Positions 1 through 11,059 of a stretch of 64,000 bases of DNA are shown here, piece by piece. The position numbers were made by a program, and so were the translations under genes. Within the stretch, counting starts at the first letter, position 1; the number at the start of each line of letters is the position of its first letter. The notes below the pieces were generated by a model. That model saw only the letters and a program-made list of their open reading frames with translations. It searched no databases and was not told where the DNA came from. Origin of the DNA: the human T2T-CHM13v2.0 reference genome, Homo sapiens; contig CP068257.2 in assembly GCA_009914755.4 (NCBI GenBank), positions 43,904,001 to 43,968,000 of the forward strand, written 5' to 3'.

Positions 1-189
1 AGCACCTTGTAGTTCAACCCAGGAGGCGCAGCTTAAGAACAGCCTCGAACCCACGTGGAACGTCTCTCAAGTCAGATTGGGCAGGAGAGCAACTTGCGAA
101 AGCTGGGTCACAAGACACCACTTACGTGAACTTCCTAGACACAAGCCTGGCAACAACAGGGGCTGGCGAGTCCTGGCAGGCTGGGCCTC

Positions 190-320
190 CCTTGCCCCCA
201 AAGCTGCTCCCCGCCCACCTACTGGTGGCTGCCCCTGCACCCCGGCGCCCACGTGCCTGCTCCCGCGTGAAGTTCTTGTCGGGCCCCAGGAGGGAGGGCG
301 TGATGAAGCTCTCCCCGGGC
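190..320. repeat. Diverged duplicate of one 64-bp repeat unit plus the last ~70 nt of the coding exon (pseudo-exon fragment) about 1.9 kb further into the intron.
   Basis: Positions 200-318 align to 2075-2200 (gcccacgtgcctgctcccgcgtgaagttcttgtcgggccccaggagg..gtgatgaagctctcccc). The minus-strand translation RPGESFITPSLLGPDKNFTREQA matches the exon copy with one change. Confidence 0.75.
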
Positions 321-1612
321 CTCTCCTGCAGCCAGAGGGGCTGAGATCGGGGGCCCCACCAAGTGGCAGGTGCGCAGAGCACCTGCACCCATCGTCCCTC
401 TGATGATATCCAAGGCCTGGTGGAATGGCTTAATTTCTGGAATCTACTTTTTAATCCGTTAATGTACAACATGAGAGGGCAGGCAGATGGGATTTAAACA
501 TTTTTGCTCTAGAGACTTTTCTTATTTTGTTATTTTAAGGGAAACGCCACACATAATGCTCACCCCTATAAATAACCTTGGCGGTGGACAGTGGCCCTCC
601 ACTAAGAGCAGAGATGCCATCTGGTCAGTGGGTGGCAGGGAGAGGGACGGACTGGCCAGGAGCAGAAGGCATTTCATGAGGGGTCAAGGAGATGGCTCCG
701 CCACTCCAGCCCCAGCCCCGCCACCGACAGCCGGGGCCAGGGCAAGACCCTGTCCTCGCCTAGAAAGTGACCCAGCCTGGCGGTTAGCAGTGCTGGCCGT
801 GGGACGAGACACAATCACACCGCACGGTGCTCTGAGCTGGGCACGCGGGAAGGGCAGCACCTCCACTGTCCCAATAGCACACTCCTCGGCTGCACATCAG
901 TTTCACAATTCTAGGGTCTGGGAGGGTTGGGGTCCGGCTTCCGGCCAGGAGACACAGGGAACAAGAGGCATGCCGAGCGTCAGCCATGTGGGAGCAGAGG
1001 ACGGGGTCAGCGGCTGGGATGGGCAGGTGAGCAGGCCCAGGGCCCTGGGATGGGGTGTCGGGGTGACCAGCTGGGCTGGCAGCCTGTGAGAGCGCTTTTC
1101 CAGGCTCTTCCTGTGCAGATGTGCCTTATGGACAAGGACCCCACAGCTCCAGGAGGAAACTGCTTCGGATACGGCCGCTCCCGCCTCCACCGCTCATGTG
1201 ACCTGAGAGACCCGTGACTGGGCATAAGCCTATTAGAACAGTTTCAATAAGACCCTTTGTCCTCATGGCTGAGTAAAATGAAAATTCCTTCAATAATCTC
1301 TTTAGGTAAATAGCCACTAAGTCTCTGTGGAAGGCAGGTGCCCAGCAGGGTTGGACGTGGGCTTCCTCACCAGGAGGGCCGATGAGCACGGCCTGGCGGG
1401 TGGGGTGGGGCAGGCTCTCTCTCTGCAGGACACAATATCACTTTTTATCTAGCCTGGTTACTAGGCCGAAGCCAGGCCCCTCCATCTGATGGTGCCCGCT
1501 GCTGGGAGTGTGAGACCCCAGCCGGGTTCCCTCCGGGACCATATTATCAGCTGACACGGCCACTCACCCGCTCCAGCCTCAAGTGCTCACACATCCAACA
1601 GGAAAAGCGCCC

Positions 1613-2135
1613 TGGCCCCTGAAGCTGCTCCCCGCCCACCCATAGGCGGCCGCCCTGGCACCCAGCACCCACGTGCCTATTCCAGAAGCTGCTCCCCGCC
1701 CACCCACAGGCGGCCGCCCAGCACCCCGGTGCCCACATGCCTATTCCAGAAGCTGCTCCCCGCCCACCCACAGGCGGCCGCCCGGCACCCCGGCACCCAC
1801 GTGCCTATTCCAGAAGCTGCTCCCTGCCCACCCACTGGCGGCCGCCCCCGCATCCCGGCACCCACGTGCCTATTCCAGACGCTGCTCCCCACCCACCCAC
1901 AGGCGGCCGCCCAGCACCCCGGCGCCCACGTGCCTATTCCAGAAGCTGCTCCCCGCCCACCCACAGGCGGCCGCCCTGGCACCCAGCGCCCACGTGCCTA
2001 TTCCAGAAGCTGCTCCCTGCCCACCCACTGGCGGCCGCCCCCGCATCCCGGCGCCCACGTGCCTATTCCAGACGCTGCTCCCCGCCCACCCACCCACAGG
2101 CGGCCGCCCGGCACCCCGGCACCCACATGCCTGCT
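1613..2135. repeat. 64-bp tandem repeat (VNTR), about 8 copies, directly abutting the 3' end of the coding exon; intronic.
   Basis: The motif cctattccagaagctg recurs at 1677, 1741, 1805, 1869, 1933, 1997 and 2061 (period 64). The unit is gaagctgctccccgcccacccacaggcggccgcccagcaccccggtgcccacatgcctattcca. Confidence 0.9.
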
Positions 2136-2319
2136 CCCGCGTGAAGTTCTTGTCGGGCCCCAGGAGGTAGGGGGTGATGAAGCTCTCCCCTGGCCGTATC
2201 TGCGCCATGAAGCCGTAGAAGCAAAGGTAGCACACGAGGCGCCGCCAGGACCGGAGCTCGGGGTCAGGCCCAGGTTCCACGGGCACCTGCTTCTCCACCG
2301 CTGGGCTGGAGGGCACCAT
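2130..2319 (-). CDS. SLC19A1: First coding exon (partial CDS, codons 1-63 plus the first nt of codon 64) of a solute carrier, best matched to reduced folate carrier SLC19A1. The ATG is at 2319-2317 on the minus strand. The full exon including 5'UTR is about 2130-2368, with the AG acceptor at 2369-2370 preceded by a polypyrimidine tract.
   Basis: Minus-strand translation MVPSSPAVEKQVPVEPGPDPELRSWRRLVCYLCFYGFMAQIRPGESFITPYLLGPDKNFTREQ matches the remembered RFC1 N-terminus. It contains a hydrophobic TM1-like segment LVCYLCFYGFMAQI. The sense strand upstream reads ccacccctccttccag|GCACAGTG...AGCAGGATGG. The frame is lost in the downstream 64-bp repeat. Confidence 0.7.
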
Positions 2320-5300
2320 CCTGCTCAGGCCACGTGCAGCTCCGGAGGGGACGAAGGTGACACTGTGCCTGGAAGGAGGGGTGGAGTCAGGGCACCTTGG
2401 AAGATGGTCTGCAGGCCTCCCTACCCCACAAAACGAGGCCCAGTGCCGGCCTCCTCCTCGCCACTCAGGACCAAACGCCACCCTGGAGACGAATGCAGAC
2501 CCCAGACCCATCCTCACCCCGTAGCACCAAACTGGGAGCCACCCACACCTGAGCTGCTCCGGAGTCCCCCAGGCCAGGCTGTCACCACCTCCAGGGTCTC
2601 CGAGGCTGAGGGAAGTCTCCAGCCACATGGAGTGATTTAAGTGCCAATCAAAACCAAGTTAATTAACTAATTGACTTACTTTATTAACTAAACTAACAAA
2701 ATTTAGGGTTTGGGGCCACACTAGACTCATGGCACTGCTGGGCAGTATCTGTGGCGGTCAGGGGGCACACCTCACCCCACAGGCCTGAGGGCAGCCCACG
2801 TGCCTGCTGCTGCTCTAGCGGCACCCAGGTGGCCCAGGGAGGGCACAGGCAGGAACGGACGCTGCTGGAGGCCGGGGTCACACCACAGGTGGCCAGCGGC
2901 GGGTGGCTGCAGGTACCAGCCTCAGGTCCCCATCAGCCGCGTGCCCTGGCAGGAGGGCGTGCAGGCCAAGCCCACAGTGAGGGAAGGGCAGAGGGAAAAG
3001 CAGGTGTCCTTGAGGGGGCTGAGAGCAGCCAGGGGTGAAACACGCGTGGGAGGGAGGATGGGATGGAGCCGAGGCCCAGCCCCTGAGCCCAGGGACCCCA
3101 GCATCCCCGGCGGCAGGTTACCCTAGACGAAAGCAGCTGGCAGGAGCCATGAGTGGACCTGACACGTTCCAGATGGAGCACCCCAGACCACAGGACTTCA
3201 TCCACGAGGCAACATGCACCCAACCTTGGGGACCATCCCGCCAGCACCCCCGCCCCACACGGCCAGGGCACGTGGTGGAGCAGCAGCAGCACGAAGCACA
3301 CTCGAGGGCGTGTCTCTTTCAGTCCTGATTCTGCCCAGGAGAAAGGCTCCTCCGGTGCGGGCAAGGGCACGTCTCACCACCACAAATCGTGCCTTTCAGC
3401 TGCGGGGCAAAAGCCTGTCCACTTATCAGAATCATGTCTCCAGGTGCCACGTGGCCCTGGTTTTCCATTAAGGCCTCGGTGTAAAGTTCTCCTTCAAGTA
3501 AGTCAAAAGTGAACTGCCATAAACAAGTGTGTCAGGCGCCCACACCAAGCCAACCCCGTGAGGCCAGGACCTGGCCCTGGTCCCCCACAGGTGCACCTCA
3601 CGTCTGTATCAGCTGACCTCTGCTCCCAGAGGCCAGGCCTGGCAGAGTGCACGTGGAAAGGCCATCTGCTGCTCAGGTGGGGTGGGGATGCAGCGCATGC
3701 AGAGGGCAGCTGAGCAGCCTTGTGGGGCGGGGTCGCCGTCCCATCTGCACTGGGCTGACAGTTGGACAATTGTGCCTCGCCACAGGGCCGGCTTGGGAGG
3801 GTGGCAGGGGGTCTGCAGAGGGTCTGGATTTGAGAAGTCTCCTCCAACCCTCCAGCAGGGGCTCAGAGCATCCCTCGATGTGGGGCCAGCTTTGGGGGTC
3901 CAGGGACCCCTAGGAAAATCTGCCCCAGGCTCTCAGCATTCAGTCTTCACGTATCAGAGACCACTCAGGCTGGAAGTGCTCCCTGAACCGCCCCCAACCT
4001 GACACACAGGCTTAGGAAAAAGGTGGCCTTCAGGGACCAGAGAGAGAGACCCTCCCCAGGCCACTTAGGCAAAGCCATCAGCATCATCTGGGGTCCCGTC
4101 TTGACACCTCTACACACTCATGTCTGTGACAAAGGAACATAGGTGATGGCAGGGAAGCCCTTAAGAGGCAGAGGCTGGTGGGCTTGCAATGGGGGCCGCA
4201 GGGAAGAGGGGGAAGGGTTGGGGGAACCTCGAGGTTTCCGGAGCTCCACGGCAGGGCACAGCTGGGAAGAAGATGGGACCAGCACCCTCCATTGGAGGCA
4301 GCCAGGACCCTAGAAGTTCTCAAAGGGCCAGGATGAAAACAGCCGGCCAGGCAGGAGGAAGCGCAGGCAGGGGCCACTGCCAGGCCGAGGCAGATCTGAC
4401 GGTCGCCTGCCTCGGCCTCACCTTCCACGCCTCCTCAGGGCCTGTCAACAGCTGGGAAGATCAGTGCACAAAGGTTGGGCTCCATCACCAGGGACCCTGA
4501 TGCCCAGAGAGGCCACGGGTAGAGCTGGACATACCTCAGACCGCACCCACTCCTCCCCACTGGGAGACCCATTTGGCCCTGGGACTCCCTGTCAAGTTCA
4601 CTTTCCCACCTGTCAGCAGGTTTAGACAGGCGCACCGATCCCCAGACAACCAGAGCAACCAGATCGCCGCAGACAACGGGGAGCCATCAGGAGCTGAACT
4701 AAGCCCAGGGTCTGCGCCCACAGTCCATGGCCGCAGGAGTCAGATCCCCACCCACAGGACCCCCAGGGGCCCGGGAGCCCTGGGTACTTGGGCCCCCTGT
4801 TCTGAAAGGTGCCACCTCCAGAAGCGACCAGAACATTCCTTCCTTGGAGAGACAGCCAGAGTCTCCGCCAGCAAGGGGCTGCTGCTGGTCTTAACAGTCA
4901 GCCTCTGCTGCCAGCATACTCAACTTATGTGCCGTGAACGTAGCCCACTGACAGAGGCTTGGCCATCACGGCCCAGACCACCTCCAAGAGGAAAGATAGG
5001 GAACTTGGTCACCATCATAGAAACGCAGCCCCAAGCCAGGGGACGCCTAGACTCCAAGTGTCCAGACCCCAGCCCAGTCCCATACAGCTTGAGGCCTCTT
5101 CCCGGCATCTGAAGGAAGTCCCCGACCAGACAGGAGGGCCACGGGGAAGCAGAGAGAATCCCTGCCTTCAGGAGAAGGTTGTAACAGCCCCTGCAAATCC
5201 CCGGCCCCACTGTCCACAGTGACCAGCCCCACCCAGGCCCTGTCCTTCCAAGCACCAGAGAAGGCCAGAGACCCGCAATCAAAACACAAGCAAACGCCAC

Positions 5301-6099
5301 CTATCATTCCGTGTTTAAACCAGCTCCTACTCTGGAAGGCTAACCAAGAATGTTCGTTATGTTTTTTAGAACGCCTGCTAGTTTAAAAAGAAGAAGAAGA
5401 AAGCATTGCACACCCTCCCACCCCTGTTCAGATGACCAAGTTCAGGGTTCCTAACAGCATAATTAGACCCTCCGGCTATCACTGCTGCAGGCCCAAACAC
5501 CCGAGAAGCACTCTTTCTCATCTGTGTCCAGCAGAGATAACTGTACTATCTGGAATTATAAAAATCCACCAAAGCCCCTTCGGAAAGAAAGCAATTAGCA
5601 ATTGCAACAAGCAGTGCACAGGTGGCACCCAGGCAAAGGCGGCCAGTGAGATGCAGCCTGGCTCCCAGGCCTGGACAGGGCAGGCAGGTGCACTGGGCCA
5701 GAGGCACCTCGGCTCTGCTGATTGAATCTGGGCTGTGCGGGGATCCTCGGGTCTCCGTAGGGGGAGGCCACCTCTTTACAGGGCGGCCAACAGGCGCCTC
5801 CAAGGACTTTATCCCACCTTCCCTCTGGATGCATTCTGGATTTCGGGGCCAGCTTAGTTGGCCTGTGTCCTGAGGCCAGGCAGGCCAGACTCCCCAGGAC
5901 AGGAGTTTCCGATGGACAGGACCCTAGGGGGATGGCTTTCCTGCTGTAGCGGTGTTGGAAGGACCCACTCGGGAAAGGCTCCAGCGGCTGTCCAGGCTCT
6001 CTCTGAGACGCCTCGGGATTGCTCCGCTGGATCCGCACCCACAGCTGCTCCAAGGGGAAGTTGCACCTACAAAGCTTCTGGCACAGGAGACAATGGTCT

Positions 6100-7500
6100 G
6101 GAGATGTGCCAGGGGCCCGCCCCACGCGTGGCTGGCAGGGTTCACCCACCGGCTGGCCCGTCCCGAAGCAACACGTGCCTGGGCGCGAACGCCGGATCCA
6201 CGCTTTCCTCCAGACCCGGGGGTGGGACTTGGCGCCCCAGGATGACGCGGAGGGCAGGCTGGGGGCCGGGACTCCCCACCCCATTCGCAGGCTGCGGCGG
6301 AAAGCGAGCGGCGGGAAACCCGCTGCACAGCAACGGTTCTGCCAGGCGCCCGGGCCACCGCGACCCCCGCGGAGACCCCGGCCCACGCCCCGCACCCTCC
6401 CCAGGGCCCCCCAGACCCCAGGCTGCAGACCGCAGACCCCGGCCACGCCCCGCACCCTCCCCAGGGCCCCCCAGACCCCAGGCTGCAGACCGCAGACCCC
6501 GGCCCACGCCCCGCACCCTCCCCAGGGCCCCGCGGACCCCAGGCTGCAGACCGCAGACCCCGGCCCACGCCCCGCACCCTCCCCAGGGCCCCGCGGACCC
6601 CAGCGCCAGCCCCCACACTCACCTCACAGGGCCCTGCAAACCTCGGCCCGCGCCCCGCACTCACCCCAGGGCCCCGAGACACCCCGCAGCCCCCGACACG
6701 CGGCCCCGTGGCCCCGTTCCCCACCGGTACCTGCGACTCGGCGGGGCGGCTGCCCTGGGGCTCCCGGACCCGGCCCCGCGCACGCGGACTCCGGGACTAC
6801 AGCGCCCACAAGGCGGCGCGGCGGGCGCGCGGCTGCGGGGTGGGCGGGTCCGTCCCGCCGAACGCGTCCTGAGGGCGGGGCCTCGCGCGTGGCCGGGCGC
6901 TGCGGCAGGAGCGTCCCCACGGGGCACCCTCCCACCCACGGCCGTCTCCCAGCCCCGGCGCCGGCCTCTCCCCACCCGGTCACCGCCGGGGTCACGCGGC
7001 CCCTCGTGCTGCGGCCCTACCCCTGGGGCCGCCCCCTGACCCCGACCGCCCCTCGGGCCCCCACCCCCGCCGGCGTCAGCATCCTGGGGTGCCACTCGCG
7101 GAGGTGTCGGTCCCTCGGGCGGGCACCCTGCCATCCCTCTCCCCCGCGTTCTTCCCACCCCCGGTCCCCTCCTGACCCCCCCTCCTCGACGAGGCCTTGT
7201 GCGTTTTCCTTTTGGCACCCTGGAACACCTGCATTCCTGGCCGCAAGCTGGATCCGGGACGCGGGTCGGGCCCACGCGCCCTCAGGGGTGGCCCTGGGCC
7301 GCCTTCGTGGGGCTCCAACAGGGACACGCACAGCCTGCTCTTGGGGACCGCACGGCCCCGAACTCGGCGCCCCCGGGACCCCGCCGCCCGCCCTCCTGCC
7401 TGACCGTGACCCGTACGGGCTTGTACCAAGGAGCAAGCCGGATCCAGGACGTGGCCCGGGGCCACCAGTCCCCATCCCAGCAGGGACAGCCCGGGGGAGA
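6100..7500. promoter_or_regulatory. CpG island. Candidate promoter region for upstream non-coding first exons of the gene on the minus strand. Contains GC-boxes (cccgcccc at ~6113, gggcggggc at ~6876).
   Basis: Very high GC and CpG density over ~1.4 kb (cgcgaacgccggatccacgc, gcggcggaaagcgagcggcgggaaacccgc, ccgcgacccccgcgg). It lies about 4 kb upstream of the ATG exon. Confidence 0.65.
6375..6600. repeat. 60/61-bp tandem repeat, about 3.7 copies, inside the CpG island.
   Basis: The unit cacgccccgcaccctccccagggccccccagaccccaggctgcagaccgcagaccccggc(c) repeats at ~6380, 6440, 6500 and 6560. Confidence 0.9.
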
Positions 7501-9419
7501 CCCGCGCAGGCCTCGCAGACGGCAGCGCAGTCACACTCAGGAAGGGGGGCCTGGGCCACTCTCCCAGGAAGGCGTGGGGCTGCGGCAGACAGCACCGCCG
7601 AAAGCCCAAGGCCTGTGCAGGACACGGGGAGAAGTGGGGGGCCTCAGGGTCACTTTCCCCTGGAGTTACCCAGGGCCTGGCTATGGGGAGGGAAGCCAAG
7701 CCGAGGGCTGTGGGGGCCCCAAGGCTAAGGAGGAGCCAGGAAGTCCACTGCACAGAACAGAAGGGGACGGCCACCGTGGTACCCACAGCTCAAGAGTGCG
7801 GGTCCCAGGCGAGGGGTGAGTCTGGGGCAGCAGCCCCTGGAATGTACCCCTTCCGGAGTGTAGACAGCACAATCCGCGACCTGCCTCCTGGTGTTGCGGG
7901 GGTGCTCTTGGTCTCCCGCCCACCAGCAGGGCAACCCCACCAGGAAGCCAACACAGGGCCCTTGCCCTAAATGGCCGCCTGCCCAAAGCTCTGGCCTGGG
8001 CCTTCTTTCCAGAGTCCTGAGTGTAGCAAGCCACACGAACAAATCTCAAAGGAACTTAAAAAGGATTTGTTGGCTGGAAATGGGGGATCTGGGGTAGCTT
8101 GCAGAATTTAAGGGAACACTACAGGATGGAGCGCCTCACCTGGAGGGACCCCCTGCTTTGTGGGAGCCCTGGCTCTCTCCCCTGTACTGGCCTTCTCCAC
8201 GGGTGGGCAGAACCTGGCCCTGCTGGAAGACAGGAGGGGCAACGCGGAGGAGGAGGGGCCCTTCCTTCCCTCCAGGCAGAGAGGAGCCAGCCATGGGGCC
8301 AGCTCGCCAGGGCAGCCTGCTCCCTTTACACGCAGGACAGGCCAGGAAGCCGAGGGGAAGTGGGGATGAACAGCAGCGGGGCTCCTAGACCCCTTCCCAC
8401 AGAAGGATGGCTCCCACCCCCTTCCCGCCTGGAGACAGCAAGGCAGGGAGCCACAGCCCCAAGGGGACCCCGCAGGACCCACAAAGACCAGTCCCTCACC
8501 TGTCTCTCCGGTCAGGTGTAGCCGAGCGAATCCGCCCCCGGCCGCGAGGGGCCTGCCCAAGCTGCCCTCGGGTCCCCCTGCGTGGCAGGAGTCCTGGGAG
8601 TTCCCCAGCCACACAAGGCCCAGGTTTCCTGCAGGAGCTGCTTCGGAGTGGGGAGGTAGGGCTTCTGCCACCAACAGCACTTGGCAGTTGTAATCTAGAG
8701 GCAGCTGCTCTGAGGGAAGAGCCAGGAGACTCGTGAAGAACTTACAGAAACCTCCATTGAGGACTGCGAGGAGTGGCCACAGACAGTGGGGCGTGGGCTT
8801 CCAGAGGGCTCCACCCAAAATAGAGATTTACAAACGCAGGTGACTTGGGAGTGACACTGGCATCTGGGAATGGATCCTGTGCTTGGGCCCTCACGAGCCT
8901 CCAGCGGTCCCCGTCCTTGCGTGTTTCATTATCGGTTTGTCAAATAGTTAAGTGCCTGAGCGTCAGGGATGGCAGGGAGAGCTGGTCCCTGGGAGAAGCC
9001 CTGGGTTGGAGGGATCAGCAGGGGCCCAGCAGTGTGGATCCCGGCCCTCCAGCCTGTAGGCTCCAGCCATATACAGTGATGTCTGGGGGCTGCAGGCCGC
9101 AGAGACCCCTTCCCCTCCTGGAGGGGCTCAGGTGGGCTCTGCAGCCCACCCCACAGCAGTGCCCCATCCCCAGCTCCTGGGCCCCCACTCCCCGGCAGCC
9201 TTAGCACCCATAGTCCAGGCCCAAGAAATCTCTGCCAGAGAATGAGGACCCTGCCCACCCACTGCCTTCTGAGACCAACCGGCCAGTCCTCTGCCTTGGC
9301 TGGAGAGACGCAGGGCTGTCCCTGTGGTTAAGGTCCCCGTCAGCATAGGGAGGCAGTGGCATTCGAGCAGCCCTTTCCCTCAGCTGGTGCTGTTGTGGTG
9401 GCTGTGGCTCTGGAAGCAA

Positions 9420-9544
9420 GGCTTGGACCAAATGCTAATACATGGACACACATGCACAGAGACACACAGATCCATGCAGACGTGCAGAGACGTGCACATG
9501 CAGATGGACACAGACATGCGCAGACACGCACACACACTGATGTG
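9420..9544. repeat. ACA/CAG-rich low-complexity repeat flanking the LTR on the left. A similar tract at 9961-10085 flanks it on the right.
   Basis: Runs such as acacacatgcacagagacacacagatccatgcagacgtgcagagacgtgcacatgcagatggacacagacatgcgcagacacgcacacacac, and at 9961-10080 acacacgtacagacaccaccaagacatatgcacagatacagagacgtaaacatacagacatacacatg. Confidence 0.8.
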
Positions 9545-9960
9545 GTTTGGATTCTCTGTCCCCTCCGAATCTCATGTTGGAATGTGATTCCCAGTGTTGG
9601 AAGTGGGGCCTGGCGGGAGGTGTTGGATCATGAGGACGGATCCCTCATGAATGGCTTAGCACCATCACCTTGGTGATGAGTGAGTTCTTGTTCAGTTAGC
9701 TCACTCAAGAGCAGGTTGTTTAAAAGAGTCCGGGACCCCCCCCTTGCCCTCCCCTCCTCCCACTCTTGCTATGTGACGCTGGCTCCCCGTCACCTTCCAC
9801 CATGTGTGGAAGCTTCCTGAGGCCTCACCAGGAGCAGATGCTGGCACCATGCTTCCTGTACAGCCTGCAGAACCGTGAGCCAATTACACCTATTTTCTTT
9901 ATGATACCCAGTCTCTGTGTTCCTTTATAGCAACACAAAAACAGCCCCCCTCATACGTAC
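9545..9960 (+). mobile_element. MaLR solo LTR (MSTA-like).
   Basis: The segment ...gtgttggaagtggggcctggcgggaggtgttggatcatgaggacggatccctcatgaatggcttagcaccatcacc...ccatgcttcctgtacagcctgcagaaccgtgagccaattacacctattttctttatgatacccagtctctgtgttcctttatagcaacacaaaaacag matches the remembered MSTA consensus. Confidence 0.7.
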
Positions 9961-11059
9961 ACACACGTACAGACACCACCAAGACATATGCACAGATACA
10001 GAGACGTAAACATACAGACATACACATGACACAGAGATACAGAGACATACACATGCATGCTCCCGTGCAGACGGCACCCCATATGCAGGAAGACGGGCGC
10101 GGACCGGCCTGCCATGCCCCAGCATGTGCAGTGAACTGGCCTGCACATGGCCTCAGCCAGTTTTTCCTCCCACATTTCCAGACGTCTCCCCAGTCTCACC
10201 TTGCTGAATGACAGGTGCTTCTGCTCCCATCTGAATCTGCTTGGTAGAGGTGCGGTGCGCCCTGTAAATGCCTTACCTGGCTTGCTGGCCAGTGGGTCTC
10301 TGCTGCAGCTGCCCCTCTCTCCAGCCCCCACTCCCGCCAGGCCTTCGCCCCCACTTTTTCCACGAGCTGACCTCCTAACACTCCCAGCGGCCAGGGGTAG
10401 CCCATCACAAGGGCCTAGGGGCCCAAAGGTCTGGAGAAGGGGGACTGACATGGATGCCCCTGTGTCAGGCCTCCCAGCACTAGCCCCAAGCCCAGGCCTG
10501 CCTGCAGCTGTGGCCCCCATCCTCTCAGAGGCTGAGCCGGGCCACCGTCCTCAGCACCTTGTCTGTGAAGCCAGAAGCCAGAAGCCCTGTGGCAGCTGAG
10601 CGGAGAAGCAAAGCCCAGAGGAAGAAGCGTTGTCCCTGGCCTGCCTGGAGCCCCGGAGCTCCTGGCTTCCGCATCCCCCAAGTGAGCGCAGGTCCCTCAC
10701 AGCCTGTCACAGCCCCACAGCAGTGGGGCTAACCTGGGCCTGTGCCTGCCACACTTCTTCCCTGGAAGGGTGTCCCACCTGGTCCTCTGGGCATGGAGTT
10801 GAATTCTGAGCCCCACTGGGGCCCCGGACAGCGGCCCTAGCAGGCCCAGCCCCTCCCAGTTGAGCCCTGCCTGGCCCAGCAGCAGAACACTGAATCCCGA
10901 TGCCCCCAAGTCTCCCTATAGCCAGACTTTCACAAAATCATGCTTAAATAGCCCATCTTTACTAGGGAAAGGGGGAGGTTTGAACCTCTTTGGAATCACA
11001 GGCAGCTGTTTAGAATAATGTCATCTAACGAAAGAGTGTTCGAAAAACATTAAAATAAC

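Noticed and set aside
1613-2135. Possibility that the tandem arrays (64-bp, 20-bp, 18-bp) are CRISPR arrays
   Set aside because: The units are directly adjacent with no unique spacers of constant length. The sequence context is human (Alu, L1, CpG islands), and there are no cas-like ORFs.
5595-7786. Large overlapping ORFs (393, 569, 286, 266, 236 aa) rich in P, R, G and A across the first CpG island
   Set aside because: Extreme GC content depletes stop codons. There are ORFs in most frames on both strands simultaneously, low-complexity composition and an internal 61-bp repeat. This is consistent with a CpG-island promoter, not coding sequence.
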